Origin: a virus
DNA length: 64,000 bases
IMG/VR virus record: IMGVR_UViG_3300042558_005069
Span: 1 to 64,000 of that record
Direction: 5' to 3' (one strand)
Within the stretch, counting starts at the first letter, position 1; every line of letters begins with the position of its first letter. A program made the position numbers and the translations under genes. Below the pieces are notes generated by a model. The model was not told where the DNA came from. It worked only from the letters and a program-made list of their open reading frames with translations, and made no database searches. Below are positions 1 to 8,742 of the stretch, piece after piece.

Positions 1-1
1 A

Positions 2-100
2 CCCCCCCCCAACAACCCGGGGGGGGGGGACTCTCAGTACTGGTGGGTACTGAGAGTCCCTAACTAAAGGATAATGCAGAGGGTTACATTATCCTTTAGT
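2..100. repeat. Three abutting inverted repeats: C9/G11 tracts, 14-bp stem GGGACTCTCAGTAC (27-40/47-60), 14-bp motif-A stem (63-76/87-100)
   Basis: Read directly from the sequence; lies just downstream of the stop of the minus-strand gene 109..573. Confidence 0.9.
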
Positions 101-108
101 AACAACCG

Positions 109-573
109 CTAACTAAATAGCGACTGAACTGCATCGGCTAGGGGACCACGACCTGAGTCGTCACCGCCCATAACCTCAACCTCGTTTAAGTCCTGAAATC
201 GGACAACGCTAGTTACTGAGTCGGCAGATGCACAGACAAGTAGGCGAACACGACGACGTGCTTCATGCTTGCTGGGTGCTGGCAAATCTTCATCGTTGCC
301 GTCGTAATTATCGGGCAATGGTGAAGCCCAACCAGTAGTTACCAATACGATACAGTCATACCATTTCGCTGCGAACCTCGCCCCATCGCTGGAGAGAAGA
401 TCGTAGATGTCCTCTGCTTCGGTCACTTGGTCAAATAGATGAACCTCATCGCCGTCTGTCTCTACACCAAAAAGCAACGGCTTCGCTAACTCAAAAGCCT
501 TATCTTCATTCTCACGAATGAGCAAATCGTGTATCTGTTGCTCAATGTTTTTGGAGATGTCTAGTGGTTTCAT
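109..573 (-). CDS. Hypothetical phage protein
   Basis: 154-aa ORF with GAAAGGG RBS and a motif-D promoter upstream. Confidence 0.8.
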   Translation of the reverse strand: MKPLDISKNIEQQIHDLLIRENEDKAFELAKPLLFGVETDGDEVHLFDQVTEAEDIYDLLSSDGARFAAKWYDCIVLVTTGWASPLPDNYDGNDEDLPAPSKHEARRRVRLLVCASADSVTSVVRFQDLNEVEVMGGDDSGRGPLADAVQSLFS

Positions 574-939
574 ATTTCCCTTTCATATGTGTCGTTGGTG
601 ACATTCTTACTGTACCTCATAGGGGACAGATTAGCAATTTGCATTATCCTTTAGTAGTGGGGCTATCCGCCACCGTCAAAGATTAGGGGACAACGTGACT
701 CCGCTCAAAGTCACAGCCCTCTAGATGGTGAGAAACTTCTTTAATCGGATGACATTATCGCAACGCGCCCCCGACGATGAGTTGGCTGGAGTCTGGCTTG
801 GGGCGACGGACAGAGCCCCGCTGCTCACCGCTTCAGCCGGGGCTTCGTCCCGATAAAGGTCATTTAATCGCCAACCTGTCCCCGTAGTGGTACGTTGTGA
901 ATGTCGGCAGCGGGTCGGCACATACGGAGAGGGTACGAA

Positions 940-1161
940 GTGGAAAAATTGTCTTGCTTAGATTTTGGCAGTGGTGAGTGCGTAGGCGATGTGGAACTAT
1001 CCCTCGCACAGCCTGTGCGCTATCGCACGAACGGGGAATTCATCATGTTCCCTCGTTGCGAAAAGCACTGGGACGAATACGCAGATAGGGCTCAGGCTCG
1101 CCAGGAGCGCCAGTGGGCGGCAGAACGGGCAGAGCGTGACGAATGGGCGAACTTTGAGTGA
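940..1161 (+). CDS. Hypothetical Cys-containing protein
   Basis: GTG start after GGAGAGG; motif-D promoter upstream. Confidence 0.65.
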   Translation: MEKLSCLDFGSGECVGDVELSLAQPVRYRTNGEFIMFPRCEKHWDEYADRAQARQERQWAAERAERDEWANFE

Positions 1162-1340
1162 GTCGCGCCAAACTTTGCGAACGTGCCGAGAACGTCTCTC
1201 GGCACGTTCGCTCTATTAGTTTGATCAAAGCCCCGGCCGAGGGCGAGCTCAGCGGGGCTCCAACCGCATTCGCGTCATCTAATCGCTAATCTGTCCCTGT
1301 CGTGGTATGTTGTGAATGTAGTCAAGCGAAAGGAAAAGTA

Positions 1341-1610
1341 ATGCAACAATCACATTCAAGAGTCACAGAGTTAGAGCTGGGGGCTCCCGTCGTAGTGGGG
1401 CATAGGCTCCTACTCTGGAAGCGTTCATTCTTCTACGCAAACCGTGTATCATACATTGTGTTCTGCAAAGCAGACCCCGATGAGGTTCACGGCTACGCTG
1501 TATGGCGAGTAGAGAAAAACGCTCACGGCGAATACTACGCCGAGACAGGCTACTACTTCGCCGAGTCCGATCTAGTCGAAGCCATACAGGCATACGACGC
1601 TAGAGATTAA
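1341..1610 (+). CDS. Hypothetical protein (paralog of 6663..6977)
   Basis: ATG after GAAAGGAA; shared Y-x-x-W...AExGxYF...YxAR pattern. Confidence 0.75.
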   Translation: MQQSHSRVTELELGAPVVVGHRLLLWKRSFFYANRVSYIVFCKADPDEVHGYAVWRVEKNAHGEYYAETGYYFAESDLVEAIQAYDARD

Positions 1611-1755
1611 CGAGTTACATTATCCTTTAGTGTTAGCGGGGGGTTCGCCCCCCGCTTTACATTATCCTTTAGTGTTAAACCTCTTTCTAAAGGATAATGC
1701 AGGCGGTTACATTATCCTTTAGTAAGAAAAGCACTTTAGTCGTCGCCGTGTTTCG

Positions 1756-2259
1756 TTAAACTCGCTTTGCACATACTGGACCGATACCACGAGCGACACT
1801 TTTTGCATCGGTTAGGTCTGCTCCACAGACACAGCACATAGACATTTCTACGCCTAAGGCGGTGGCTCGCTCAACGGTCATTCTGTCGCTTGCGCTTAAT
1901 CTCTGAATACTTCCACGCTCGTACTCAAAGCGCTCACTTTTTGTTGATGCTGTCGGGATAAAACGCATAGCGTACAAGTTGCCCGTTTCACGGCTCTGCT
2001 TGACCCTGTAAATACCTTCGGGGGTCTCGTACATTCCCGTAACGGTCACGGGGTCGCTTGGTGCTGACACTCTTACTTGGTCATTTGCCATAGAGCGTTC
2101 TACTGCTTCTATTTGGCGAATTGTTAATGAACCATAACGCTCAAACTTAGAGAGTAGGTCTGCATAGAACGAACTACGCCCTGAGTTGATAACGCAAAAC
2201 TTTACTACTTTGAGAGTGCGTTCGTCGGGATTGTTATTCTCAATTTCTTTGATGTCCAT
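1756..2259 (-). CDS. DUF6011-like zinc-ribbon protein
   Basis: C-terminal CxxCGxxLTDxxSxxRGIGPVC motif; RBS GAAAGGGG. Confidence 0.75.
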   Translation of the reverse strand: MDIKEIENNNPDERTLKVVKFCVINSGRSSFYADLLSKFERYGSLTIRQIEAVERSMANDQVRVSAPSDPVTVTGMYETPEGIYRVKQSRETGNLYAMRFIPTASTKSERFEYERGSIQRLSASDRMTVERATALGVEMSMCCVCGADLTDAKSVARGIGPVCAKRV

Positions 2260-2338
2260 TGTTGCCCCTTTCATGGGTGTAGTGGTTATTCATATTGTAC
2301 CTTATCGGGTACAGACTAGGGTCGTTTTACATTATCCT

Positions 2339-2536
2339 TTAGTGTTCGGGGTCGTCTGTCTGATGTTCGGGATCGTCTGTCCCTGCTTCGTAGGCGTGCG
2401 AGAGCCAGCAAAATGATGCACAGACAGGGCATACGACTACCTGCGGATAGTTCACGAGAACTCCATGCTCGTCTAAAACCTGAGAGCGTGTGAGTGGGTG
2501 TAGGGAACGGCAGTGTGAAAAATAGTAAGTCTTCAT
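2339..2536 (-). CDS. Small hypothetical protein with CxxC
   Basis: ATG at 2536; the stop codon lies inside motif A. Confidence 0.45.
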   Translation of the reverse strand: MKTYYFSHCRSLHPLTRSQVLDEHGVLVNYPQVVVCPVCASFCWLSHAYEAGTDDPEHQTDDPEH

Positions 2537-2878
2537 ATTACTTACGAGAAACCTTCGGTAAAAAGATGTCAAGGAAAAATGATTAAAACATTTCCTCAAG
2601 AACGTGACATCACGAAAGTTCCTTCCGCCACCGTCAATAATTTTGAGTCGTTCGGGGAACGCAGTAAATTTGCATTATCGCAACGCGCCCCCGACAGTGA
2701 TCCAGATTTTGCAAAAAACAGGAGCACGGACAAAGCCCCGCGTGAGACCGTTCCTGCCGGGGCTCTTTCGGATCATCCTCGAAAGCTGACTTTACGCGGC
2801 AATTCCGGGTTAGCGTCATTTAATCGCCAATCTGTACCTAGCGAGGTATGCTGCAAGCAACCCAACGAAAGGAAAGTA

Positions 2879-3223
2879 ATGAGAAAAATCAACTATGACA
2901 CGATCACCGTTTTCGACGATTGCGCCGAAGCCGATGAGTGGGAAAAAGAAAACGACAGAGAATGGATCCCTGTCGGCTGCATTGACACCGAGATTCCCTA
3001 CCGCTGGGAAGGCTCACAAGCGAAGATAGAACTGCATGCTGACCTGAATCAGTACTGGTGCGATGGCACCGTTCCTGGGTCTACTCGTGACTGTCTCATC
3101 AAGGATTGGAAAGTGGTTGTTTGGAAAGACAAGAACAACGACAACGACTACGAACTCCACTACGCAGAAAACGAACAAGACGGCAATGAAATCCTAGAGA
3201 GTCTCGCTGTTACATTATCCTAG
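2879..3223 (+). CDS. Hypothetical acidic protein
   Basis: ATG after GAAAGGAA and a motif-D promoter; the upstream ORF extension crosses regulatory repeats. Confidence 0.75.
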   Translation: MRKINYDTITVFDDCAEADEWEKENDREWIPVGCIDTEIPYRWEGSQAKIELHADLNQYWCDGTVPGSTRDCLIKDWKVVVWKDKNNDNDYELHYAENEQDGNEILESLAVTLS

Positions 3224-3586
3224 AGTATGTATTGAGGCTCGCTCCCGTGTGGGGGCGAGCCACTTACATTATCCTTTAGTGTTAGCGGCGAGCCTGACCC
3301 CGGGGGCTTTCCGCCACCGTCAAATAGTACAAGCAGGTATGACATCATTCTGAGCTCATGGCTGAAAGATGCACATTATCTGAACACGCCCCCGATGACG
3401 CAAATAAAAAGTTTGACGCGAGAAGCCAGACAAAGCCCCGCGGCTCACCGCCTTCAGCGGGGCTTCGATGCTCGAGACTTTACATTATCCTTCAGTGAAA
3501 GAAGCTCGGGAATCCCAGCGCGGGGGCGCGCTGGGATTCCCCTAACCAAAGGATAATGTGGGGAGTACATTATCCTTTGGTGTTAA

Positions 3587-4015
3587 TCATTCAATCGGGA
3601 ACGACTGAGCCTTTTTGATTAGCACGAGTAGTAGCGATTCTCTAGTGGGGACTAGATCCCTAATGAGTTCTAACGTTTCCGTGTGAAACTGATTGAATGA
3701 CTTTTCACTGAAACGCGCAACGCCTACTTGGTTGTGAAACCTTGTAGACGGGAACTGCTGCACGTTGAATGGTTCCCAAATAGTGACGGTGAAACCGGCT
3801 GCGGGCTGCCACCAAAGCAAGCGCATAGTGGCGGTGTACTGTTTGCGCTTTGGGTCGTGGGTGAACTCTAGTTCTACTTGCTCGCCTGCCATTGAATTAG
3901 TGCCGCTGTATCGCTGATCTAGTACTGGCGATCGCCACACGTATTTAATGCTACGGTCACCAATGATCGGTTGTGGGAACTTCAGGGTAATTTCTGGGTT
4001 TTGGGTTGTAGTCAT
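3587..4015 (-). CDS. Hypothetical protein, probably leaderless
   Basis: ATG 6 nt after the -10 hexamer of motif D. Confidence 0.75.
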   Translation of the reverse strand: MTTTQNPEITLKFPQPIIGDRSIKYVWRSPVLDQRYSGTNSMAGEQVELEFTHDPKRKQYTATMRLLWWQPAAGFTVTIWEPFNVQQFPSTRFHNQVGVARFSEKSFNQFHTETLELIRDLVPTRESLLLVLIKKAQSFPIE

Positions 4016-4257
4016 ACCCAAAGAGTACTAGCAAGGGTACAGATTAGTGAATGTTTGACATTATCTCAGCACGCCCCCGACAGGTGAATGAGCAAGAGCA
4101 GGTTCAAGCCCCGCGGCCAGACGCTTGTAGCGGGGCTTCGATGTGAAACATTGTCAGTCTCGGTCGGGGGCGCATTTGGATAATGTTGCTTTAATTAACA
4201 ATTTGATACTGACTAACTATAATGACAACGTAAGCAACTACTAGAAGGAGTACTACT

Positions 4258-4554
4258 GTGAACGATATTTATTGCCCAGTATGTGGCGAACCGTGGGACA
4301 ACGACACGCTACATGAATACGCCGAGGAATATGAAACAACCTATAGAGCGACCTACAAATTATTTTTTTCCGATGGTTGCGCTGTGGCGTTCAAAGAATG
4401 GGACATAGCGTGTGAACGCCCTGAGGGTGGTTCATCACGAGCCTTGTTTTCGTCATTGTTGGCAGAGATGCTAGGCGATGACGTGGACGGAATAATTAGC
4501 GAAATGCAGGACGCTGAGTTGCTTGGCTTACTGAACGACAATAGTAAAGGATAA
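4258..4554 (+). CDS. Hypothetical protein with N-terminal CPVCGEPWD zinc knuckle
   Basis: GTG after GAAGGAG. Confidence 0.75.
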   Translation: MNDIYCPVCGEPWDNDTLHEYAEEYETTYRATYKLFFSDGCAVAFKEWDIACERPEGGSSRALFSSLLAEMLGDDVDGIISEMQDAELLGLLNDNSKG

Positions 4555-4559
4555 TGTAA

Positions 4560-4871
4560 ATGCTAACAATAAACGAAAATAACCTATTATTGAACGGCGA
4601 TATTGTTGCCACGCTACCAAACACAAGCGCACGGCAAGTGCTATTACGCGCATTGCTTGAAAGCCTATCTAATCGCGATGGCGTATTTCTTGCGCTATCT
4701 CACTTAGGGGAAGCGCGTACTGCTGATATCGCTCATCTTGTTGGCATAGATAGGTCAAATGCTGGCAGGGTTCTAGACAGCCTATTGTTAGAGGGAATGG
4801 TAAAGGTAGTAAACGATTGCAATAAGGCTGGAACGGTAGGGCGACCATCTAGGGTTTGGGCGACCGTTTAA
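4560..4871 (+). CDS. Winged-helix DNA-binding protein
   Basis: TADIAHLVGIDRSNAGRVLDSL HTH and GRPSRVW wing. Confidence 0.7.
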   Translation: MLTINENNLLLNGDIVATLPNTSARQVLLRALLESLSNRDGVFLALSHLGEARTADIAHLVGIDRSNAGRVLDSLLLEGMVKVVNDCNKAGTVGRPSRVWATV

Positions 4872-4953
4872 CATTATCCTTTAGTGTGTGCGCGTCTATA
4901 TTGGCGCGCACACACTTGAACACTAAAGGATAATGTAAAGAGTACGAAAACTA

Positions 4954-5424
4954 TTATTCGCTCATCGGGTTTGGGGCAATTTCTCCGAATACAGCCTCGT
5001 ACATTTCTCGCCCTGCTTTCCACTCGTCCCACGACCCGTCAGATGAGACACGGATACACGACCCGTAAATAACCTTTGCTCTTATTAGTGAGGCGGTTAC
5101 TACTGCGTCGTATGGCTTGTAAGCCGTTTTGCAAAATGAGAAATGGTCGGGCTCATCTTTGCGCCACTCGGGTTGAGTCGGGATAGCGTCCCACCAAAAC
5201 GACTCGTGCCCATTGTCGCCGTTTTCATCGCTCACGCCATTAAATGCGAAATAACCCTCAGTACACACGGGCTGAGTGTTGGGTGCACCAAACGCGTCAC
5301 CTAGTGCAATTCCGTTTTCTTGTGCATAATCGCAAATTGCTTTTACGTCTAGTCCCAATTTGCCAAACATATAAGCCGACCCTGCGTTATTCATTGGTCG
5401 CGAAACATAGTGCGTATAGCCCAT
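4954..5424 (-). CDS. Conserved hypothetical phage protein (MGYTHY...FCKT..KPYD family)
   Basis: 156-aa ORF, AAGGAG RBS, motif-D promoter. Confidence 0.8.
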   Translation of the reverse strand: MGYTHYVSRPMNNAGSAYMFGKLGLDVKAICDYAQENGIALGDAFGAPNTQPVCTEGYFAFNGVSDENGDNGHESFWWDAIPTQPEWRKDEPDHFSFCKTAYKPYDAVVTASLIRAKVIYGSCIRVSSDGSWDEWKAGREMYEAVFGEIAPNPMSE

Positions 5425-5511
5425 TTCTTTTCTCCTTGTCTAGTAGTTATTATTAGATTACTTTACGATATTCAGACTAGCGATTAAATTACATTATCCT
5501 TTAGTGATAGT

Positions 5512-5784
5512 TCACAAGTCAGGGTTGAACCAACCCCAAGAACCATCAACGTTAATTACTACGTCCTCGGGCGCTAGGCAGTTGATTAGCGGAACAGCAG
5601 TACTATTCCAACTCCATGTAAAGTTTGGCTTTAGCGAAATATCGCAAATGGGTTTAGTTTCTCTATTGTCGCTTGTGATTAGTAACGTGGCAAGAACGAC
5701 GACAACGGAAGTCGCCAATCCCCATACTATTATTCTTACGAAAGTGCGTAGCGTGTAGTAAGCAGATGACTTTTCATTGTTCAT
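5512..5784 (-). CDS. Membrane-anchored hypothetical protein
   Basis: N-terminal hydrophobic helix; RBS and motif-D promoter. Confidence 0.7.
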   Translation of the reverse strand: MNNEKSSAYYTLRTFVRIIVWGLATSVVVVLATLLITSDNRETKPICDISLKPNFTWSWNSTAVPLINCLAPEDVVINVDGSWGWFNPDL

Positions 5785-6032
5785 ACTTTCCCCTTTTTCT
5801 AGTAGTTGTTATTAGACTACTTGACGCTATTCAGACTAGCGATTAAATGACATTATCTCAACACGCCCCCGACAAGAACAAGCGTGAGAGGTTTCAGCTT
5901 AAGCCCCGCAGGCCAGCCTGTCCCCCGGGGCTCCTACCGGATTCAGCCACAAGCGCATGACTCGAAATTGGCAAGCGCCGTTACTAAAGGATGATGCCGG
6001 ATTACATCATCCTTTAGTAACGATTGCTCCTA

Positions 6033-6452
6033 CTAGAGTCCCCGTTCCCTGCGCTGTTGTTCTGTCACAGGGCGCAACGTTGTCTCGCTGCCGGTTGGGG
6101 CATCGTGGTGAGATAGTGAGTATTCAACTCGGTCGGAATAAACCTCATAGTGCATGCGCCATTCACTTCTGACTGTCATGGCTATAAGCATTTCTTCAAC
6201 TTTGTCTACCTTGAAATGTCCGGATATATCGCCGTTCCAAAGTCGCAAATTCTCAACGGACCACCAATCAGTTTCGTTGCTGTGGCGTAGTTCCATTGTT
6301 GCCTCTCCGAACTCGGCTACTGAGTCGCTCCAGCAATAACCAAAACACTCGGATGCTTCTTTATAGTCTCCGGTGTTTTCGTCATAGGCGGTGCAAGTGC
6401 ATAGGTTGGTTATTTCTCCGGCTGTGATGAGTGTTTTTTTGGTTGTTGTCAT
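6033..6452 (-). CDS. Hypothetical protein, probably leaderless
   Basis: ATG 6 nt after the -10 hexamer of motif D. Confidence 0.75.
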   Translation of the reverse strand: MTTTKKTLITAGEITNLCTCTAYDENTGDYKEASECFGYCWSDSVAEFGEATMELRHSNETDWWSVENLRLWNGDISGHFKVDKVEEMLIAMTVRSEWRMHYEVYSDRVEYSLSHHDAPTGSETTLRPVTEQQRRERGL

Positions 6453-6662
6453 GTCTTCAATTTACCATTGAGGGTACAAACTAGCGTTTTTGCATTATCC
6501 TTTAGTAATGTTCTTTTCTCCAAATTTGCAAAACTTCTTTTTTCGTGTAATACAAGTAAAAGTGATAAGGGTAGTCATGAGTCCCATCACAGGGCAAGCG
6601 ATAAAACCCCGTTTTTGTTTTTTCTATACTTTTTAGTGTTGGTGTAATTTTTGGCATTGCGC

Positions 6663-6977
6663 TCACCAACCTCCCCGAGCCTCATAGTCTCCAACTGAAC
6701 GCTCAATTTCATTTGACAGAAAATAGTGTCCTGCCTCTGCAAGAAAACCCTCAGGGCGAGCGGAAATAATCCACGTCACGTACTTGTGATATGACCCCCT
6801 ATTGTTGGACTCACAGAGTGCAATCCAACTAGAGTAAGTATCCCCAATAACTCTCTCCGTGAGACGCTTGCAACGCAATACGGTGTGATCGGAAATGGAC
6901 ATACCTTTTGCAAGTAAGTTGAATTCTGCTTGTGTCTGCCCGTTGTGATCGTTAATTGTTTCTAATTCTGTTTGCAT
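6663..6977 (-). CDS. Hypothetical protein (paralog of 1341..1610)
   Basis: AGGAG RBS; shared C-terminal motif. Confidence 0.75.
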   Translation of the reverse strand: MQTELETINDHNGQTQAEFNLLAKGMSISDHTVLRCKRLTERVIGDTYSSWIALCESNNRGSYHKYVTWIISARPEGFLAEAGHYFLSNEIERSVGDYEARGGW

Positions 6978-7178
6978 TTTTTCTCCTAGCAATTGGTAGT
7001 AGGTGTTGTTAGTAACGTACCTTGCAGGTAACAGGCTAACTATAAATAAACATTATCGCAACACGCCCCCGATATGATCAGTCTGCGAGCCGGAGGGGAG
7101 AAGCCCCGCGTGGGGCGTGCGAAGCCGGGGCTTTAATGCTCGACAACAGCATTATCCTTGAGTGTCGGCGAGCGGCGC

Positions 7179-7511
7179 TTACCCGTGCCAGTTTTCAGAC
7201 CGCTCTATGAAGTTGCGCAAACTTTCCTCGTCGGTCATTTTTTCTTTCTCGCCTTCTTCGATAATCCAACCGAAAACGTCCTGACGTATGGCGCATCGTT
7301 CTTCTACTGCTTTCACAGCTTGAGCGGGCGTGAGTGCCTTTTCGCCAAAACCACGCAACCCGGCGTCCCATTCCCAACCGAACGACTCAACAAGATCGGC
7401 ATCGTCGTAGCACTCGTAGAGCTCTGACTCAAAAAGGTTCTGGGGGTCGCTGTAGAGCGGCATTGCTTTAATTGCGGCGACTATTTCGTCGTGTTGTGGG
7501 TGAGTTTTCAT
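7179..7511 (-). CDS. Hypothetical protein
   Basis: AAGGAG RBS, 110 aa. Confidence 0.75.
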   Translation of the reverse strand: MKTHPQHDEIVAAIKAMPLYSDPQNLFESELYECYDDADLVESFGWEWDAGLRGFGEKALTPAQAVKAVEERCAIRQDVFGWIIEEGEKEKMTDEESLRNFIERSENWHG

Positions 7512-7537
7512 TTCTTTCTCCTTTTGTTTGGGTTTGT

Positions 7538-7834
7538 TTAATAATTCATTTTGTCAAAAGCGGCGGCGGCGCCTTTAGCCATTGCGTCTTGACGAAAGGC
7601 ATAGGTCGTGTCAAACGCAACCCGCAGAACATTCCGGTGAAGTACTGAGATCTCCTCTTTTTCCAGAACGTCGTAATTTGCATTGTCGCCATACTCGCAC
7701 TCAAGCACGACTGCCACGCTGTGCTTTGTGAGCACGCTTTTAACCTTGACGAACTTAATTTCGCCATTCACTTTTGCGGCGAAAACTACTTTTTTGTTTT
7801 TGTCAATAGCGGCGCCGATGTCCCATACCTTCAT
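7538..7834 (-). CDS. Hypothetical protein
   Basis: AAGGAG RBS, motif-D promoter. Confidence 0.75.
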   Translation of the reverse strand: MKVWDIGAAIDKNKKVVFAAKVNGEIKFVKVKSVLTKHSVAVVLECEYGDNANYDVLEKEEISVLHRNVLRVAFDTTYAFRQDAMAKGAAAAFDKMNY

Positions 7835-8062
7835 GTTCTTGTCTCCTTGTGTGTGTTGTTCCTGCCGATGACTTAAAAATACCAGCAGGGGTACAGATTA
7901 GCGAAAAAGCTACCCTAATCAGGTTGAGGCGAGGCGAACAAGCCCCGGCTTCGTCCGCGCTCAGCGGGGCTCGCATGGGGTTGGTGTTCTTTTATCGCTA
8001 ATCTGTACCTGTCATGACAGAATAGGAACACGGGGGAAACGCCCTCGGGATTAGGGGAGATT

Positions 8063-8254
8063 ATGCCACTCTGGAAACAAAGAACAGAAGTAGACAAGGG
8101 CTACAAAGACATCGTGCTGAGGGAATTGGGAATAGAACAAGACCCCAAAGACTGGGAGCGCTCAAATTGGGTGATCTTTTTGTTGTGCGCTGGTTTTGAC
8201 ATAGAAACGATTACAAGGTTTCTAGCAGACGACGGTCGCTTCGTTTACGACTAA
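8063..8254 (+). CDS. Small hypothetical protein
   Basis: GGGGAG RBS, motif-D promoter, followed by a hairpin. Confidence 0.65.
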   Translation: MPLWKQRTEVDKGYKDIVLRELGIEQDPKDWERSNWVIFLLCAGFDIETITRFLADDGRFVYD

Positions 8255-8278
8255 AAAGATTATCCTAGATAGTTCGGG

Positions 8279-8312
8279 TGGCTTGCTCTCGTAGGGAGAG
8301 CAAGCCACTTTA
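8279..8312 (+). terminator. GC hairpin GTGGCTTGCTCTC/GAGAGCAAGCCAC followed by TTT and motif A
   Basis: Perfect 13-bp stem between convergent genes. Confidence 0.7.
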
Positions 8313-8378
8313 CATTATCCTTTAGTAATGGGTCGGGGTTTTCTCCCGACCCATTACGGTCTATTGTCGTAACGACCC

Positions 8379-8600
8379 CTAGTCGTACCACCTAGATGCT
8401 GGCAACTCGCACAGTAGGCAGATCGCGTTTCTTAGTTTTGCGAGAACTCGTGGGCTATGTCTTATTTTTGCAATGTCTGCACTAACTCCGTAAACTTCGC
8501 GGAGTTGGTGAACGGTGAAATCGTTACAGCAATACGAACAGATAAACCCTTCGCTGTCTTTGTCGTAAGCGACCGTCTCTAGATCTTTGTATTCATACAC
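8379..8600 (-). CDS. Small protein with two CxxC motifs
   Basis: GAGAGGA RBS; CSYC and CLLC. Confidence 0.6.
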   Translation of the reverse strand: MYEYKDLETVAYDKDSEGFICSYCCNDFTVHQLREVYGVSADIAKIRHSPRVLAKLRNAICLLCELPASRWYD

Positions 8601-8742
8601 AGTTAGTGTTTCCTCTCTTTATCCTTTAGAGGTTGCTTACCTCTGCTGATCGGACATTCAATAGAAAGAAAAACATCATCGCAATGTTCCCCCGAGTGCG
8701 TGATGCATCCACTTCACGACAAAGCCCCGCTGTAAACCGGCC

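Larger units (their letters stand above)
666..3323 (+). repeat. 14-mer motif E, TCCGCCACCGTCAA, 3 exact copies
   Basis: 666-679, 2624-2637, 3310-3323, each upstream of a B-C block. Confidence 0.85.
608..8022. promoter_or_regulatory. Conserved early-type promoter motif D: T(C/T)GCTA(A/G)TCTGT(A/C)CC-N6-(T/A)GG-TANNNT, about 12 copies
   Basis: + near 868, 1283, 2824, 7995; - near 608-636, 2294-2322, 4022-4050, 5455-5483, 5814-5842, 6459-6487, 7014-7042, 7876-7904. Each points into a downstream ORF, with 17-bp -35/-10 spacing. Confidence 0.8.
63..8326. repeat. Dispersed 14-mer motif A, CATTATCCTTTAGT, about 22 copies
   Basis: Exact + copies start at 87, 642, 1618, 1660, 1710, 2330, 3267, 4872, 5492, 6493, 8313; exact - copies at 63, 4922. 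Variants with 1-2 mismatches: 3213, 3483, 3568, 6005, 7150 (+) and 1687, 3545, 4543, 5983 (-). Intergenic or at stop codons. Confidence 0.95.
752..8695. repeat. Dispersed 23-mer motif B, ACATTATC(G/T)(C/G)AAC(A/G)CGCCCCCGA, 8 copies
   Basis: + at 752, 2672, 3373, 4058, 5850, 7050, 8673 (diverged); - at 4164-4186. Confidence 0.9.

Noticed and set aside
2342-2381. Short tandem duplication encoding TDDPEH twice
   Set aside because: Two copies only; probably a local slippage event with no evident function.
2579-2878. N-terminal 100 aa of the 214-aa ORF
   Set aside because: Runs across motifs E, B, C and D; the RBS and promoter point to ATG 2879.
3540-3586. Integron attC sites (AAC...GTT-flanked hairpins after stop codons)
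   Set aside because: Shorter than typical attC, the RYYYAAC/GTTRRRY cores match imperfectly, genes have their own promoters and mixed orientation, and no integrase is in the window.
63-8326. CRISPR array interpretation of the motif A/B repeats
   Set aside because: Repeats are short, irregularly spaced, on both strands and separated by whole genes; no cas genes are visible.
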